Below, in pieces: positions 12,201 through 23,923 of a DNA stretch of 54,052 nt. How positions within the stretch are numbered: position 1 is the stretch's first letter; each line of letters begins with the position of its first letter. The position numbers were made by a program, and so were the translations under genes. The notes beneath the pieces were generated by a model. It was not told where the DNA came from. It ran no database searches and was given only the letters and a program-made list of their open reading frames with translations. Origin of the DNA: Prorocentrum cordatum (lineage: Eukaryota). Location of the stretch: the NCBI GenBank assembly GCA_963575745.1, contig CAUYUJ010000269.1, positions 62,001 through 116,052 of the forward strand, in the 5' to 3' direction.

Positions 12201-14066
12201 TCTTGGGGGCCTCGTGGGTCTCTTGGGGGCCTTGGGGGACTGCTCGGGGGCTTCGTTGCCCGTCTTAAGGCGTTCCTGGCCCGTCTGACGCCGTCGGAAG
12301 CCGTCTCGGTGGCCTCTCTGGGCCGATTTGGGGCCCACTTGGGGTGATCCAGGGCCGGCTCGGAGGCCACCTTGGGCGTCTTGGAAAACTCTTGGGCCGT
12401 CCTGGGGCCCTCTCCGGGCCGTCTCGGGGGCCTCTTGGGGCCGTTCTGGGGCCATCCTGGAGGCCTAATGGACAGTCTTGGGGCGATTGTGGGGACTCTT
12501 GGTCTGGAGCCCTGGACCTCATCTTTCTGCGCCATTTGTCGAGCCGGATCGATCTGTGATGGTCCTGCGGCCCGAAACTGAGCGAAGACGCCCGTTGTGA
12601 AAAAAATACGGCAGGGGCTCGACCACGAGAAGCCTTCCACAAGAAACCCAATCCTGAGACCCCAGGACGTCCATTGATTTTTGGTGCGGGAGCGTCGCGC
12701 TCTCCATCGCAAAACCATCGAAACCCAAGAAACCCAGGTCAACCTGGAGGCAAGCGGGGTGTTCTTGGCATGGGTTTCCACTGTGCAGCGCCAGGATCTC
12801 GGGGAAGTCGGCGCACCGGCTGTGAGGCCGCACCCCTTGCCCTGCCCTACCTCGCAGCCCAGAGGCCCTCGCGGGCACAGCAGGAGAAAAGCATTGAGCG
12901 TTGCTCGTTGCTCGTTATCGATATCATTGGTCGTTATCGTTGTTCGTTACCGTTGATCGTTATAGGCGATCGTTATCGGTGATCGTTATCTTGATCTTTA
13001 TCATTGATCGTTTAACATTGGTCGTTATAGTTAATCGTCATAGGAGATCGTTATCAATAATCGTTATCATTGATCGTTGATCGTTATCATTGATCGTTAT
13101 CGTTGACCGTTCTCGTTGATCAGTGATCGTTGACCGATGCTCGTTATCGGAGCCACAAGAAGGGGGCGCGCACGCGTCTTTAGTGGCCACCACCAGCTCT
13201 CGGCTGAGGCCGCACCGCCCGCCCGTCGCCGTCGTTATCGCCGTCGTGATCGGCGTCGTGGCCGTCATGGTCGTCGTGGTCGTCGTGATCGCCGTGGTCG
13301 TCGTAGACATAGTCGTGGTCGTGGTCGTGGTCGTGGTCGCGGTCGTGGTCGTGGTCGTGGTCGTGGTCGTCGTCGTCGTCGTGGTCTTCGTGGTCCGTCG
13401 TTGTCGCCGCCTCTCAGCGCCGCGAGAGGACCGGGCCGACCAGCGCCGAGGGGCCCTGCGCTCGGGGCTGGCGTGCGCGGGCGGCAGGCAGCGGCAGGGC
13501 AGGCGGGGCCCGGCGGCGAGCCGAGTGGCGACGGTGCAGGAAAGAGCGGCGAGCCTGCCGCACACCGCCAGCTCCCATCCTCTTCCTGCTACTGCTCCTG
13601 CTGCTCCTCCTCCCCCTCCTCCTCCTCCTCCTCCCCCTCCCCCTCCTCCTCCTCCTCCTTCTCCTCCTCCTCCTCCCCTTCCCCCTCCTCCTCCTCCTCC
13701 TCCTCCTCCTCCTCCTCCTCCTCCTCCTCCTCCTCCTCCCCTTCGTTTCTAAGCTACACCAGCGTAGGCCTGCGTGAGCCGTCGCATCTTTCCCCCTCGC
13801 TCGCTTGCCCGAGACCTACGGACTATCAAGATAAACGCAAGCCATTATCTCATTTCCTCCTCCACCACCTCCACCTCCTCCTCCTCCTCGCCCACCGTCC
13901 ATGCTTGGGCCGCTGCGGCGAGGCGGCCATTCCGCGCGGGAGTCCGATGCGGCGGCGGCGGCGGGGGAGTGGCTCCTTCTGGCACTGGGCGCTGCAGTAG
14001 GTGGCCTTCTTGCAGACGCTGCACCTGTTCACCTGGTGCACTGGGAAGCCCGACAGACACGAACGC

Positions 14067-14100
<34 letters not shown>

Positions 14101-14141
14101 CACACACACACACACACACGCACATTCACACACGCACGCAG

Positions 14142-14172
<31 letters not shown>

Positions 14173-14234
14173 CACTCACACTCACACACACGCACACTCA
14201 CACTCACGCACACACACACACTCACGCACGCACG

Positions 14235-14329
<95 letters not shown>

Positions 14330-14605
14330 CACACACACACACACGCACGCACACGACTCACAATTCCTCCGGACTCGGATCCTCCCCCGCTCCCCTCTCC
14401 CTCCCCCCCACCATCCCGAAGTTAGGCCCCCCCTCACCTTTCCCTCCACACTTCCTCCCCCCTCCCTCCCTCCCCTCATCATCCCGCCTCACCTCCTCCC
14501 CCCATCCCCCCCTGCCCACTCCCTCCACCAGCCCTCCCCGCTCGCCTTGGTGATCGCCGTGCCGCAGTTGTTGCAAGTCTCTCCGGCGGCCTCCTCCCCA
14601 GCCAT
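6231..14605 (-). CDS. MYND-type zinc-finger protein, spliced; N-terminal part, 3 supported exons, probably continuing toward and beyond the window start
   Basis: Joining 14605-14546, 14032-13976 and 6332-6231 in phase 0 gives [55 protein letters not shown]..., a complete C-x2-C-x9-C-x2-C-x5-C-x3-C-x7-H-x3-C MYND pattern. Junctions are AAG|GC...CAG|GTG and AAG|GA...CAG|GAG. Confidence 0.88.
7690..8350 (+). mobile_element. Degenerate non-LTR retrotransposon (LINE-like) fragment, post-RT region
   Basis: Frameshifted translation TTLL...DP...W..CW...[17 protein letters not shown]...GGSW...GY, then C-R-Q-C-G...ETLLHQ-W-Q-C resembling the CCHC knuckle that follows LINE RT. Recognised by motif only. 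Confidence 0.55.
9395..11075 (+). repeat. Satellite of about 79 bp with a 6-monomer higher-order repeat
   Basis: Core GGTGCGGTCGCTATCCGTTTCGGGCTCGC recurs about 20 times; variant monomers recur every 460-474 bp. Confidence 0.9.
11330..11900 (+). mobile_element. Degenerate LINE-like C-terminal Cys/His-rich fragment
   Basis: RCSRCQ...(frameshift)WLSTEC and HDIHS...[21 protein letters not shown] motifs, interrupted by frameshifts. Confidence 0.4.
12900..13150 (+). repeat. AT-rich (GATCGTTATCATT)-like minisatellite
   Basis: Repeated ATCGTT/TTGATC units. Confidence 0.85.
13976..14032 (-). CDS. MYND gene exon 2 ([19 protein letters not shown])
   Basis: CCAG acceptor, 57 nt in frame, CxxC...YCSxxCQ MYND core, ends at AAG|GAGCCA (GA donor). 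Confidence 0.9.
14068..14355 (+). repeat. (CA)n/(CACG)n microsatellite filling most of MYND intron 1
   Basis: Direct read; similar tracts at 9138-9232 and 52200-52345. Confidence 0.95.
14546..14605 (-). CDS. MYND gene exon 1 ([20 protein letters not shown])
   Basis: ATG in a GCCATGG context at 14605, first CxxC of the MYND domain, ends at AAG|GCGAGC (GC donor). Further upstream exons cannot be excluded. Confidence 0.8.
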
Positions 14606-15051
14606 GGCCAACGCGCCCCCGTCCGCGCCCCCCTCCCCTCCTGCCCCCCAGATGTCCAGCGCTGCGTCCTCCAATCCGATTCTCGGGCGCACTCCACCAT
14701 GGATGACGGATCCAGGAAGGCAGCCCAGAAGCAGGAGTGGCTAATGCCGCCTGCTTTGGCAACGGAACGCGCCGATGCCGCACGCGAACGGGGCCCGTCG
14801 CGAACCCACGCGCCCGAAGCCATTTTCTTACGAGTCCCCAAGATGATCCCCCTCTTCCACGTCCGTGGGGGGAAGTCTTGGATCATGACGAGAGCTGGCT
14901 CGCCGCTGCAACATGCCATCCGGCTCGCAACAGCGCGCTTCTTCGAAGCCTGCCAGTCCTCGCCGAGCACGCGCCCAATCGTATAGCCCATGTCTAAAAA
15001 TCTGGGCGAGGAAGACGACGACGAGGAGGAGGAGGACGAGGACGAGGAGGA

Positions 15052-15950
15052 GGACCAGTGTAAACCGTTTACCCAATATTCATCAACGATGTTGAAATAC
15101 ACCCTCTCTCCAAGATCCCTCTTCGTAGGCCCCTATAAAAAGTCAGCTCCACTGAAAAATTGGCCCGTTGGGGGACAGCCGTGGCAAAACACAATTCTCG
15201 GGACTTCAACGCCACGATAAAGCCTGACTGGTACGTCTTGGCGATCGTGCACCGTCCCAGAACACCGTCCTGGGGACTTGAACACCGCGACGCGAATCAA
15301 CGCAACTGTTGCGCCTGGACAATCCTGAACCGCTCCAAAAACACGAACATGATTAAAAAAAACGCCCCGCTTTGAATTATAGACGCTCCTCAATCTGTTA
15401 GAAACGAATGCGCGCGGCGCTAAAGCGAGAAACCACATTTTCAAAACGAACCACCCTCAATCCGCGAAGCTCTGGCAAGTGCGTAAAACGGATGTGCGCG
15501 GCGCTAAAGCGAGAGCCACATTTTGAAAACGACCGGCCCTCAATCCGCAAAGCTCCTACAATCCAAAAGAATGACTGCGCGCGGCGCCAAGGCCGAAGCC
15601 ACATGTTGAAGACGACCCGCCCTCAATATGTGAAGCTCTTCCACATGTTGAAACGAATGTGCGCGGAGCTAAAGCCAAAGCCACATGTTGAAAACAACCC
15701 GCCCTCAATACGTGAAGCTCTTTCAATGTTTTAAACGAATGAACACGGCGCTGATGCGAGAACCACATCTTGAAAACGATCCGCCCTCAATCCGTGAAGA
15801 ATGTGCACGACGAGGATGCGAGAACCACATTTTGAAAACGAGCGGCCCTCAATCCGTGAAGCCCTGGCAACTTGTTCGAACGAATGTGCGCGGCGCTACA
15901 GCGAGAACCAGATTTTGAAAACCACCCGCCCTCGATCTGTGAAACTGTGG
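15052..15950 (+). repeat. Dispersed element: GAGGACCAGTGTAAACC head plus a tandem array of about 82 bp
   Basis: Units GAATGTGCGCGGCGCTAAAGCGAGAACCACATTTTGAAAACGACCCGCCCTCAAT...; inverted relative at 2720-3370. Confidence 0.8.
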
Positions 15951-16628
15951 TCATGTATTCGGCATCAGGGCCGTAAGCGGTGAGGTGGTCTCAGGCGAAA
16001 CGCCCAGCCCCGTCCTTTCGAGCGGCGTCGGGGGGTGACAGGAATGAGTTAGCTCTAAGGAATGGGGTAGGATGAGTACAGGAGGAGTTGGGAATTAGGA
16101 GGGGAGAGGCAGGAGGGAGGACAGGGGGTCTTCTTGGCAGACGCAGCGCAGGTCACTTGCCCCTCCCGCCCACCGCGCGCGAAAACACACCCCCTCCTTG
16201 ACGCTGGAAGCGGCGAGGGGGCGCCACCAGGGCCTCGAAGAAAGGCTGCATGCCATCCTTCTCATCCTCTGTCGTCGTCGCACCCTTCGTCGTCTTCCTC
16301 CTCCTCCCAGAAGCCGTTAGACTCGAAAACGTAAAAAGCAAGCGCGCACGACCACCCAAAGCCCACTACAACCGAACAATTGAAGGATACCGCGCACTCC
16401 GCCAGATTGCGTCAGATTCGCTGGAAACGTTGCGGGAAGCACTCTTGGCCCCTCCCCTGGTGCCGACTTCGCGAGGATGTCCCGAGCGAGGGAGCCGGTT
16501 TGGGATTATGAGCCGGATTTCGTGAGAACCCGTCACGTTCGCCAGAAGCGGCGCAGGAATCGCAGTTGTAGGCCTCACTTCCTCGCGCGCCCTGGGGAGC
16601 TCCACAGAAACCCCCTCGAAGGAATGAT

Positions 16629-16801
16629 CAAGGGCTCCCAACTTCGCGCTTCGCGCTGCGCGAAGCGCGAAGCGCGAATAACTTCGCGCTCTCGCGCCGC
16701 CCTCCCAAAGGGAGAATAAGAGGACGAGGAGGAGGGGGAGAAGGAACGAGGACCGCGAAGCGCGAAGCGCGAATAACTTCGCGCCCTCGAGGGAGCCCTT
16801 G
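16629..16801. mobile_element. Small TIR element with subterminal GCGAAGC repeats
   Basis: Perfect 11-bp TIR CAAGGGCTCCC / GGGAGCCCTTG; CGCGAAGCGCGAAGCGCGAATAACTTCGCGC occurs twice. Confidence 0.65.
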
Positions 16802-17011
16802 GCTAGCCGCTACAGTCCACGTGGCCAATGACGAGAAGAGGAGGAAAGGGCGGGGCAGGATGGACGGGGAAGGAGAGGATGAGGAGGGCGACGGCGAGGC
16901 CGAGAAGGACGAGGCCGAGGAATGGCTGGCTCGTTCTCGCCCGCTCAGTCCATGCGCCAGACCTCGCTGACCACTGCCAAGATTGGGTGTGGTGTGCGCG
17001 AGGGGGGGGGA

Positions 17012-17165
17012 GGTCGGGCATGTCCTCCTACAGGCGGATTCTGGAAGACACATTCAAAACACTCACAAACAAGTCGCAGCTTATCAAAAACAGTCGAGAT
17101 GGCGTCCCCAGACTACTTCTTCTACTGTTCTCGAATGCTCCTCCTGCAGAGGGACGCGCCCGACT
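17012..17165. mobile_element. RGTCGGGC-family MITE
   Basis: GTCGGGCATGTCCTCCTACAGG ... CCTGCAGAGGGACGCGCCCGAC, followed by TTTAA. Confidence 0.75.
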
Positions 17166-17815
17166 TTAAGGTACACCACGGCTGGATCGGAGCCTTCAGC
17201 TGGGTCGCTCGGGAGACACCGCTCGCGCGAACAAGAGCACGAGGAAAAGCAGGGCGGGAAGGAGGAGGAGGAGGACGCTACGGAAGAGCAGCTCACTGAA
17301 TGAACATCTCAGCACGGGGGAAGCGGGTCCTGGGGGAAACGTGCCCTGGACCCTGGGGCCTGCCCCCAGGACGAGCGCCTCATCCCGAAGCGTTCCCTGA
17401 CAGCCCCGGGGCCCCTGGGGTGCCCCGAGGGCCCGAGGACGGCGAAACGCTTCGGGCCCCCCTCCCCTCCCGTGGCGACCATCCCGAGAGGCTCTCCGCG
17501 CGGACTTTTTCCCGGGGGAGCGGCGCCGGAACGCGGGAGGCCCCCCCCCGCCCCGCCCGCCACGGAGCCTTCGCATGGCGCGCGCGCGGACGCAGCGCGC
17601 CCGAGGCCCAGGCCCCCCGGGGGGTGCGGGGTGCGGCGGGCCGCCGGGAGGGAGGGGGCTGGCCGGGAGCGAGGCGGAGGCGGCCGCCGCCGGGCGCCCC
17701 TTTCCAGGCGCTTGAGGGGCTCCGCCGCGCCCCCGCCGCCCAGCGCCGGGCCAGGGGCCGAGCGGCACCAGCCCACCGGCGACGCAGCGGCGTCAAAAGT
17801 CTATAGGCGCTTGCC

Positions 17816-17986
17816 TTGTGGATGCCGCGGCAAGGGACACCCTAACAGTCCGATCCTTGAATTTAGAATGTGCTTAGCATGCCGGAAGCATGGTCAAAGC
17901 ATGCTGCAAACATGTTCTTACGTGTTTCAGACATGTCTAACACATGTTTTAGACATGCTTCCTCTCCATTCGGTCGTCCTCCACAA
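17816..17986. mobile_element. TTGTGGA-type non-autonomous DNA transposon, 8-bp TSD
   Basis: TIRs TTGTGGA / TCCACAA; CGCTTGCC on both sides; homologous to 43148-43347. Confidence 0.88.
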
Positions 17987-18334
17987 CGCTTGCCCACCTA
18001 CGGCCACCTGTGGCCCACCCACGGCATCGCCCCGTCCACGACCCGCCTGCGACCCTCAGCGGGTCGCAGGTGGGCCGTGGTATGCATGGGTTCTTGGTCG
18101 TCTAGTTTCCATCGACCTCGGCTCTCCCCAGCTTGGAGGGGGAGGGGGAGGGGAGGGGGAGAGGGAGGGGGAGGAGGGCAAGCTAGCTGCGCTCGCGTCA
18201 TATCTGACGCTCGACCCCTCTCTCCCATTCCTTACCATGGCGTAGATATCTTCTCTATTCGCACAATCGAATGTCTTAGCATGGCATGGCATAGCATTAC
18301 ACGGCATAACATGGTGTTGAAAATCAACGTGTAG

Positions 18335-18870
18335 CATGACATAGCATGGCAACATGGCGTGGCGACGTGGGGGGCTTTTGTGGCCCAACAAATCAACGAA
18401 TTGACACCGAATGTGGAATCACTTCCAATGGTTTCTCTGGGAGTCCGTTTTCTAGATTTTGGGGCCTATTTGGAAGGACCGAAACCATGCCTTGGCATGG
18501 CGCTGGAAATAATGACGTCATTGCTGCAGCGGGAACACGATTCGGAACGACCGGAAACGCAGGAATGAGGCCAGCGCTGCAGCGGGAACACGATTCGGAG
18601 GACGCGGAACCTGACATAGCATGGCGTGGCGACGGCAGAAAATGGGTGGGGGCTTCTGCGACCCAAAAAATTAACGAATTGACGCCGAGTGTGGAATCAC
18701 TTCCGATGGAATTTGGTTGTGGCACGTTCTAGATTTAGGGGGTTACTTGGAAAAACCGAAAACCATGCCTTGGCATGGCGCTGGAAATAATGACGCCAGC
18801 GCTGCAGCGGGAGCACGATTCAGAACGAGCGGAGATACGGAAATGAGGCCAGCGCTTCAGCGGGAGCAGC
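18335..18870 (+). repeat. Tandem duplication of about 280 bp
   Basis: AACGAATTGAC.CCGA.TGTGGAATCACTTCC and AAACCATGCCTTGGCATGGCGCTGGAAATAATGACG each occur twice. Confidence 0.85.
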
Positions 18871-19874
18871 ATTTTTTGTAAACAACCAATCGAAAACCCG
18901 TTTCGCCGGAATCCTGTGCAGAAAATAATATACGCGGAGGGGGGCCAGATATCTTTCGGACACCATCAAGGGAGAGAACAGAGTAAGCAGTATTCGCATT
19001 GTGTAACTGTGGATGGGGGGAAGGGAGAGGAGGGGGGAGGGAGGAGGAAGTAGCGAGGAGCGAGGACGGAAGAGCGAGGAGGGAGGAGAGGAGGAGGAGG
19101 AAGAGGAGGAGGAGGAGGAGGAGGAGGAGGAGGAGGAGGAGGAGGAGGTGGAGCGAGGGAGGGAGGGCGATAAGGAGGGAGGAGGAGGAGGAGGAGCAGG
19201 AGGAAGGAGGGAGGAGGAGGAGGAGGAAGAGGAGGGGGAGGAGGAGGAGGGGGAGGAGGAGGAGGAGGAGGTGGAGGAGGAGGAGGTGGAGCGTGGCCTG
19301 GAGGCGAGGAGGAGGAGGAGGAGGAGGAGGAAGGAGGGAGGAGGGGGAGGGAGGAGGGAGGAGCCTCCGCCACGCCACGCCGCCCGACGCGGCCCCCCGA
19401 TCGATCGAGGCATTCCCACGGCCTCCACCTGCCCAGCGCCTTCCGCTCGACGGGCGCCGTCGCGGCCGTGCCGCGAGAGCCCAGGCGCCGAAAAAAGAAG
19501 AAGGAGAAGAAGAAGAAGAAGAAAAGGAGCACGGAGCCGAATGACAATCATCCAAGGCAAACTGACACTACTGCGAAGAATAACTAGCAGGAGACACAAC
19601 GGATCCTCAGAGCACTACTGAGACCACTGATGCAGTGAAGAGACGACTCATAACAAGGAGAAGAAACCTACCCAGAAAAGAAAAACAATGACCTCTGACG
19701 CACCGCTCGGCCCGACTCGCCCCGCGATCGCTCGGGGCCCCCCTCGACCTCCACCCTCCGGGCCGCCCTCGGCCCGACCCGCCCCACGATCGATCCGCGT
19801 CTCTCTCTCTACCGGCCTCCCGTGGGGAAACCGAGCCAAAAGGGACCTCTGCCGCTACTCCCCAAGAAGAATAA

Positions 19875-20061
19875 GAGAAAACAACTACATCAACATAAAC
19901 GTCTGGCGCTCCGCGTGGACTTCTCGGATCCGCGCTGGGCCCCCCCCGGCGGCGGCGCCTCCGGCGCCACCCCCGGCGCGCTTCCCGCGCCAGGAAGGGG
20001 GTCCCGGATCCAAGAAATCAGCGCGGAGCGCCAAAAGTTTATGTTCATGCTGTTTTTTCTC
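19875..20061. mobile_element. Foldback/MITE with imperfect TIRs of about 55 bp
   Basis: CATCAACATAAACGTCTGGCGCTCCGCGTGGACTTCTCGGATCC pairs with GGATCCAAGAAATCAGCGCGGAGCGCCAAAAGTTTATGTTCATG. Confidence 0.7.
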
Positions 20062-21489
20062 CTTCGATCCCTGGACCTTTTCTGGGGTGCGTTCTGACTG
20101 ACCAACATCTCGAAGCGAATCCCGCGGTGGCGACGGGGACTTCCTAGGAGGCCAGGGGACGGGCAAAAAGGGGGGTAAAACGAGGCAAGGGTGCTGCGGG
20201 GTATGGGTACGTATTTCTGTTATTGTAGGTTCTCGTGGGGCCCTTCTGTGGCTCTCTTGCGGGACATACGGGCCCTCTTGAGGGACATCGATCAAGAGGG
20301 GGGTTCTCCGCTTTGGGCCGCCCCGTCGGAGCCCAAATGATCCCCTCTTGGGGGCTCCCTTGGAAGCTTTCTTGAGGCGCTCTTGGGGTGCTCCTTGGGG
20401 CCGTCCTGGGGCCAGCTAGGGTCCTTCTGGGGGCTCATGCTGACCCCTCCGACTCGATTCGGGGTCGACAGACTCCGATTCCGATTCGATTCGACGTCGA
20501 TTCCGAAATCTCATGGGGGGTACCCTCTCCTCCTCTGTGGCCGCGGCGGCTGCTGCCGCGCGGCCGGCGCCGCCGCGGCCTTCGCTGGCGAGCGGCTCGC
20601 CCGTGCGCGCCGAGGGCGGAGGCCGAGGGCTCCCCGGGCCGAGCCCCTCCGCGACGGAGCCCGCGGGCCCGAGGCGGTCCCGAGGGCCTCCGGCGGAGGG
20701 GCCGCCTCGGCGCGCGGGGGCCCCTCGGCGCTCGCACCGACGGGGGGCCCACACGACGGTTAGCCCAAAGGAAGGAGCCCTGACCCTCTGGGAGGACACC
20801 CAGGTCAGGAGGGCCAGGAACACTGGGGGTATGGGGGTCTCTCCTGCAAGTGTGTGAAACCAAACCGCCTGTATTTATGTACCCCTGATGGGAAGACGGG
20901 GACCTCAGGGAGGCTGCGCCTTCATCGCGTTATCAGGGTTAGAGGTTCCTGTATCCTCAATGACTCGAGTGTTGCCAGAAGTGCCCCTGGCCCAGTGTGC
21001 CCCCAGGATCTCCGAGGAGGCCCCCGCTGCCTCCAGAGCACCCCTCACGAGGCCCAGAGGGCCCCAGAGGCTTCAAAATGGAGCGAAAAGCTGGGGGCGC
21101 CTTGGGCCAGGGGCACTTCTAGCAACACCCGATGCACTGACGGAGACTTGGGCAGCGACCCCGCGAAGACAACCCTGCCCAGTGTGGGCACCACGAGTAA
21201 GACGAGGCCAGGACAAGGGCAACATCGGGCGAGGACAACTCGGAAATCTCTACGATCTGGCGGTTGGGAGGGATCTATCGGGCGCTGCGGCCCTCTCAGA
21301 TGTTCCCGGAACGCTCTGGAACGGACTTACTTTCGTCCTAGCCCTGCCCATGGGAGGCCTTATTTGAAATAACACCTTCTTGCGTGGTTCCACAGCACCC
21401 GACCGCGAGTACGCGTTGCCATTGCGGTGCCGCTGGGATCGTGTTCTGTCGGCCCCGCGAACCCCCAGAGAGCGAATTTTTACATTCGC

Positions 21490-21923
21490 GGCCATAACGG
21501 GCGTTATGGGAGGCGGGGGGGGCGGGGGGGGGGGCATAACGTAACGCCCCCACCCCCCGCTCCACCGTGTGGCTCCGGCACAACAGCGCCTGTACGCATC
21601 ACAGCAGGCGCTACAGTGCGCAGCACAGTCTGCACCGCCGCAGCCGCGTGCACCACACCGCATACGCACTGCCCAGTACATACGTGCAGCACCAGAGTTT
21701 TTGTTCCCCCACACCCTGCTTCGACATTACTCTGTGCTGACCTTTGATGGACGACGAGGGCGCCCGAGCTCCGCACGATGGGGACGCAGACGAAGATGAT
21801 GCCGACGACGACGACGATGACGAGGAGGACGAGGAGGACGAGGACGAGGATGAAGACGACGATGCCGAGAAAAGAACAGGGACGACGACGACGAGGTCGC
21901 GGCCGAGGACCGACGACAAGGAC

Positions 21924-21965
<42 letters not shown>

Positions 21966-22729
21966 CGACGCCTCTGGAGGCGTCTGGAGACCCTTCGAGG
22001 CCCTCGGCGACGACGGACGAGGACGAGGACGAGGACGACGACGAGGACGACGACTACGCCAGGGACGAGACGAGGACGGGGACGACGAGGACGACGACGA
22101 CGACGAGGACGACGACAAGGACGAGCTTGACGAGGAGGACGAGGACAAGGACGAGGACGACGGCCGCCTGTAAAGGTCTCCAGAAGTCTGCGGAGGCGTA
22201 AGGAGGTCTCTGGAGACCTCTGGAGGCGTCTGGAGCCGTCTGGAGGCCCTTCGAGACCCTCGACGACGACGAGGACGAGGACAAGAACGAGGACAACGAC
22301 GACTACGATAACGACGACGACGACGATGAGGACGATGACGACGACGAGGGCAAGGACGACGACGGCCGCCTCTGAAGGTCTCTGGAGGTCTCCGGAGTCC
22401 TAAGGAGGTTTCTGGAGTCCTTCGAGACTCTCGGCGACGATGACGACGGCGACCACAGTGAGGACGAAGACGACGACGAGGACGGGGACGAGGGCGACGA
22501 CGACGACGAGGACGAGGACGACGACGGGGACGGGGACGAGGCCGACGATGACGACGACGAAAGCGACGACCACGACGACGACGATGACGACAACGCCGAC
22601 GACCGACGACGACGACGATGACAACGACGAGAGCAACGCCGCGACGACACAATCGACGACGGCGACGAGGACGACGACCACAACGAAGAAGAAAACGACG
22701 ACGACGACGACGACGACGGGGACGGGGAG

Positions 22730-22818
<89 letters not shown>

Positions 22819-23057
22819 CCGCCTCTGAACTTCTACATGCGTGTCCCAAGGTCTGGAGATCTCCGCAGGCCTCTAAAAGCGTCGGCAGGCCCTGCGAGGA
22901 CCTCGGACACAACGACGAACGTTCACACGGCAGCCTGCGAGCACCACAGCAGCCTGCGAGCACCAAAGTGGCAGTGCCGGAGGCGCACAACGAGGGGGAC
23001 GGGGGGGAGCGTTACGTTATTGGGGGGGATGGGTGGGGCATGACGCGCGTTATGGCC
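21490..23057. mobile_element. 1.57-kb TIR-bounded element with (GAC)n cargo
   Basis: GGCCATAACG.GCGT.ATG...ATAACGTAACGC at the left, its inverse GCGTTACGTTAT...CATGACGCGCGTTATGGCC at the right. Confidence 0.6.
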
Positions 23058-23436
23058 CAGAGGGTTCAACCAAAACGCTCCAAGGCACCTAGATCCCTGG
23101 AGGCGCAGACAGAAGTCGCCGGGATAATGAAGAAAATGTAACGAAAATGAGCAAGCCAGTCGGGCGGAGGCCGTGGGTGCAAGAATCACCGTTCGCGGCC
23201 TTTTCGCGGCGCTCGGGTCGGAGGGCTCCAGCACGCGTGAACGCACGGGCTAGGCCGCCCCAGCAGCAGCTCACGCAACTGGGGCAAGAAGGGGCGCCAT
23301 GCCAGCGGACAGGGAGTCTCCGGGGGAGGAGGACAAGCGATGGAGCAGGGGAGCACAATCGGACCGAGGCCAGAATAGCATCCCTCAAGAAAATGATATT
23401 CTCCCTCGGCCAAAACACACACAGAACATCCAAGGG

Positions 23437-23923
23437 TAACCGCAAGCCCCTGACAATAAGTCATCCCCCCCTTCCTAGCTAAGAGCTGGTTATCCCCGGC
23501 CAATACAGGAGTTGGTCGGGGAAGCGGGGCGGCAAGGCCTAAGTTTATCATCGCGGGGGAAAGTTACGAATAGAATTCGCTATCTTCGTATACTGTCAAG
23601 CAGCATCATCGAACACATGTGGCTGTGGCATGGCAGTGGGGGTCTCACCGTTTCGGCTTTCGCAGGTCTCGAACGTGTGGCGGGGATGTGGGGGTGTTCG
23701 CAAGGGAGGCTTCCTGGCGAGGAGCGCCATGGATCTGAAGAGCGCGGGCAAGCTTCAGGATCTCACGAGCACGTGCTAGAGATCTCAAGAGCACGGGCCA
23801 AGGATCTCAGAGCAGGAAGAACACGTCCTCGTCGTCGCCGTCGACATACCGGGACAAATCGTATCCCCCCTGGACCCCGAACTGTATTATCCCCCGGGTG
23901 TTATTATCAGGGGTGGTCGGTTA
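23437..23923. mobile_element. TIR element with TTATCCCC subterminal motifs
   Basis: TAACCG..CCCCTGACAATAA / TTATTATCAGGGG..CGGTTA; possible TA TSD. Confidence 0.5.

Noticed and set aside
16195..16930. Possible extra exons (EDEKDGMQPFFEALVAPPRRFQ; PFLGLVLLGLAVALLILSF), and others near 3375-3456, 23200-23310, 29870-30010 and 41200-41285
   Set aside because: Protein-like, but strand, frame and junction partners could not be fixed from sequence alone.
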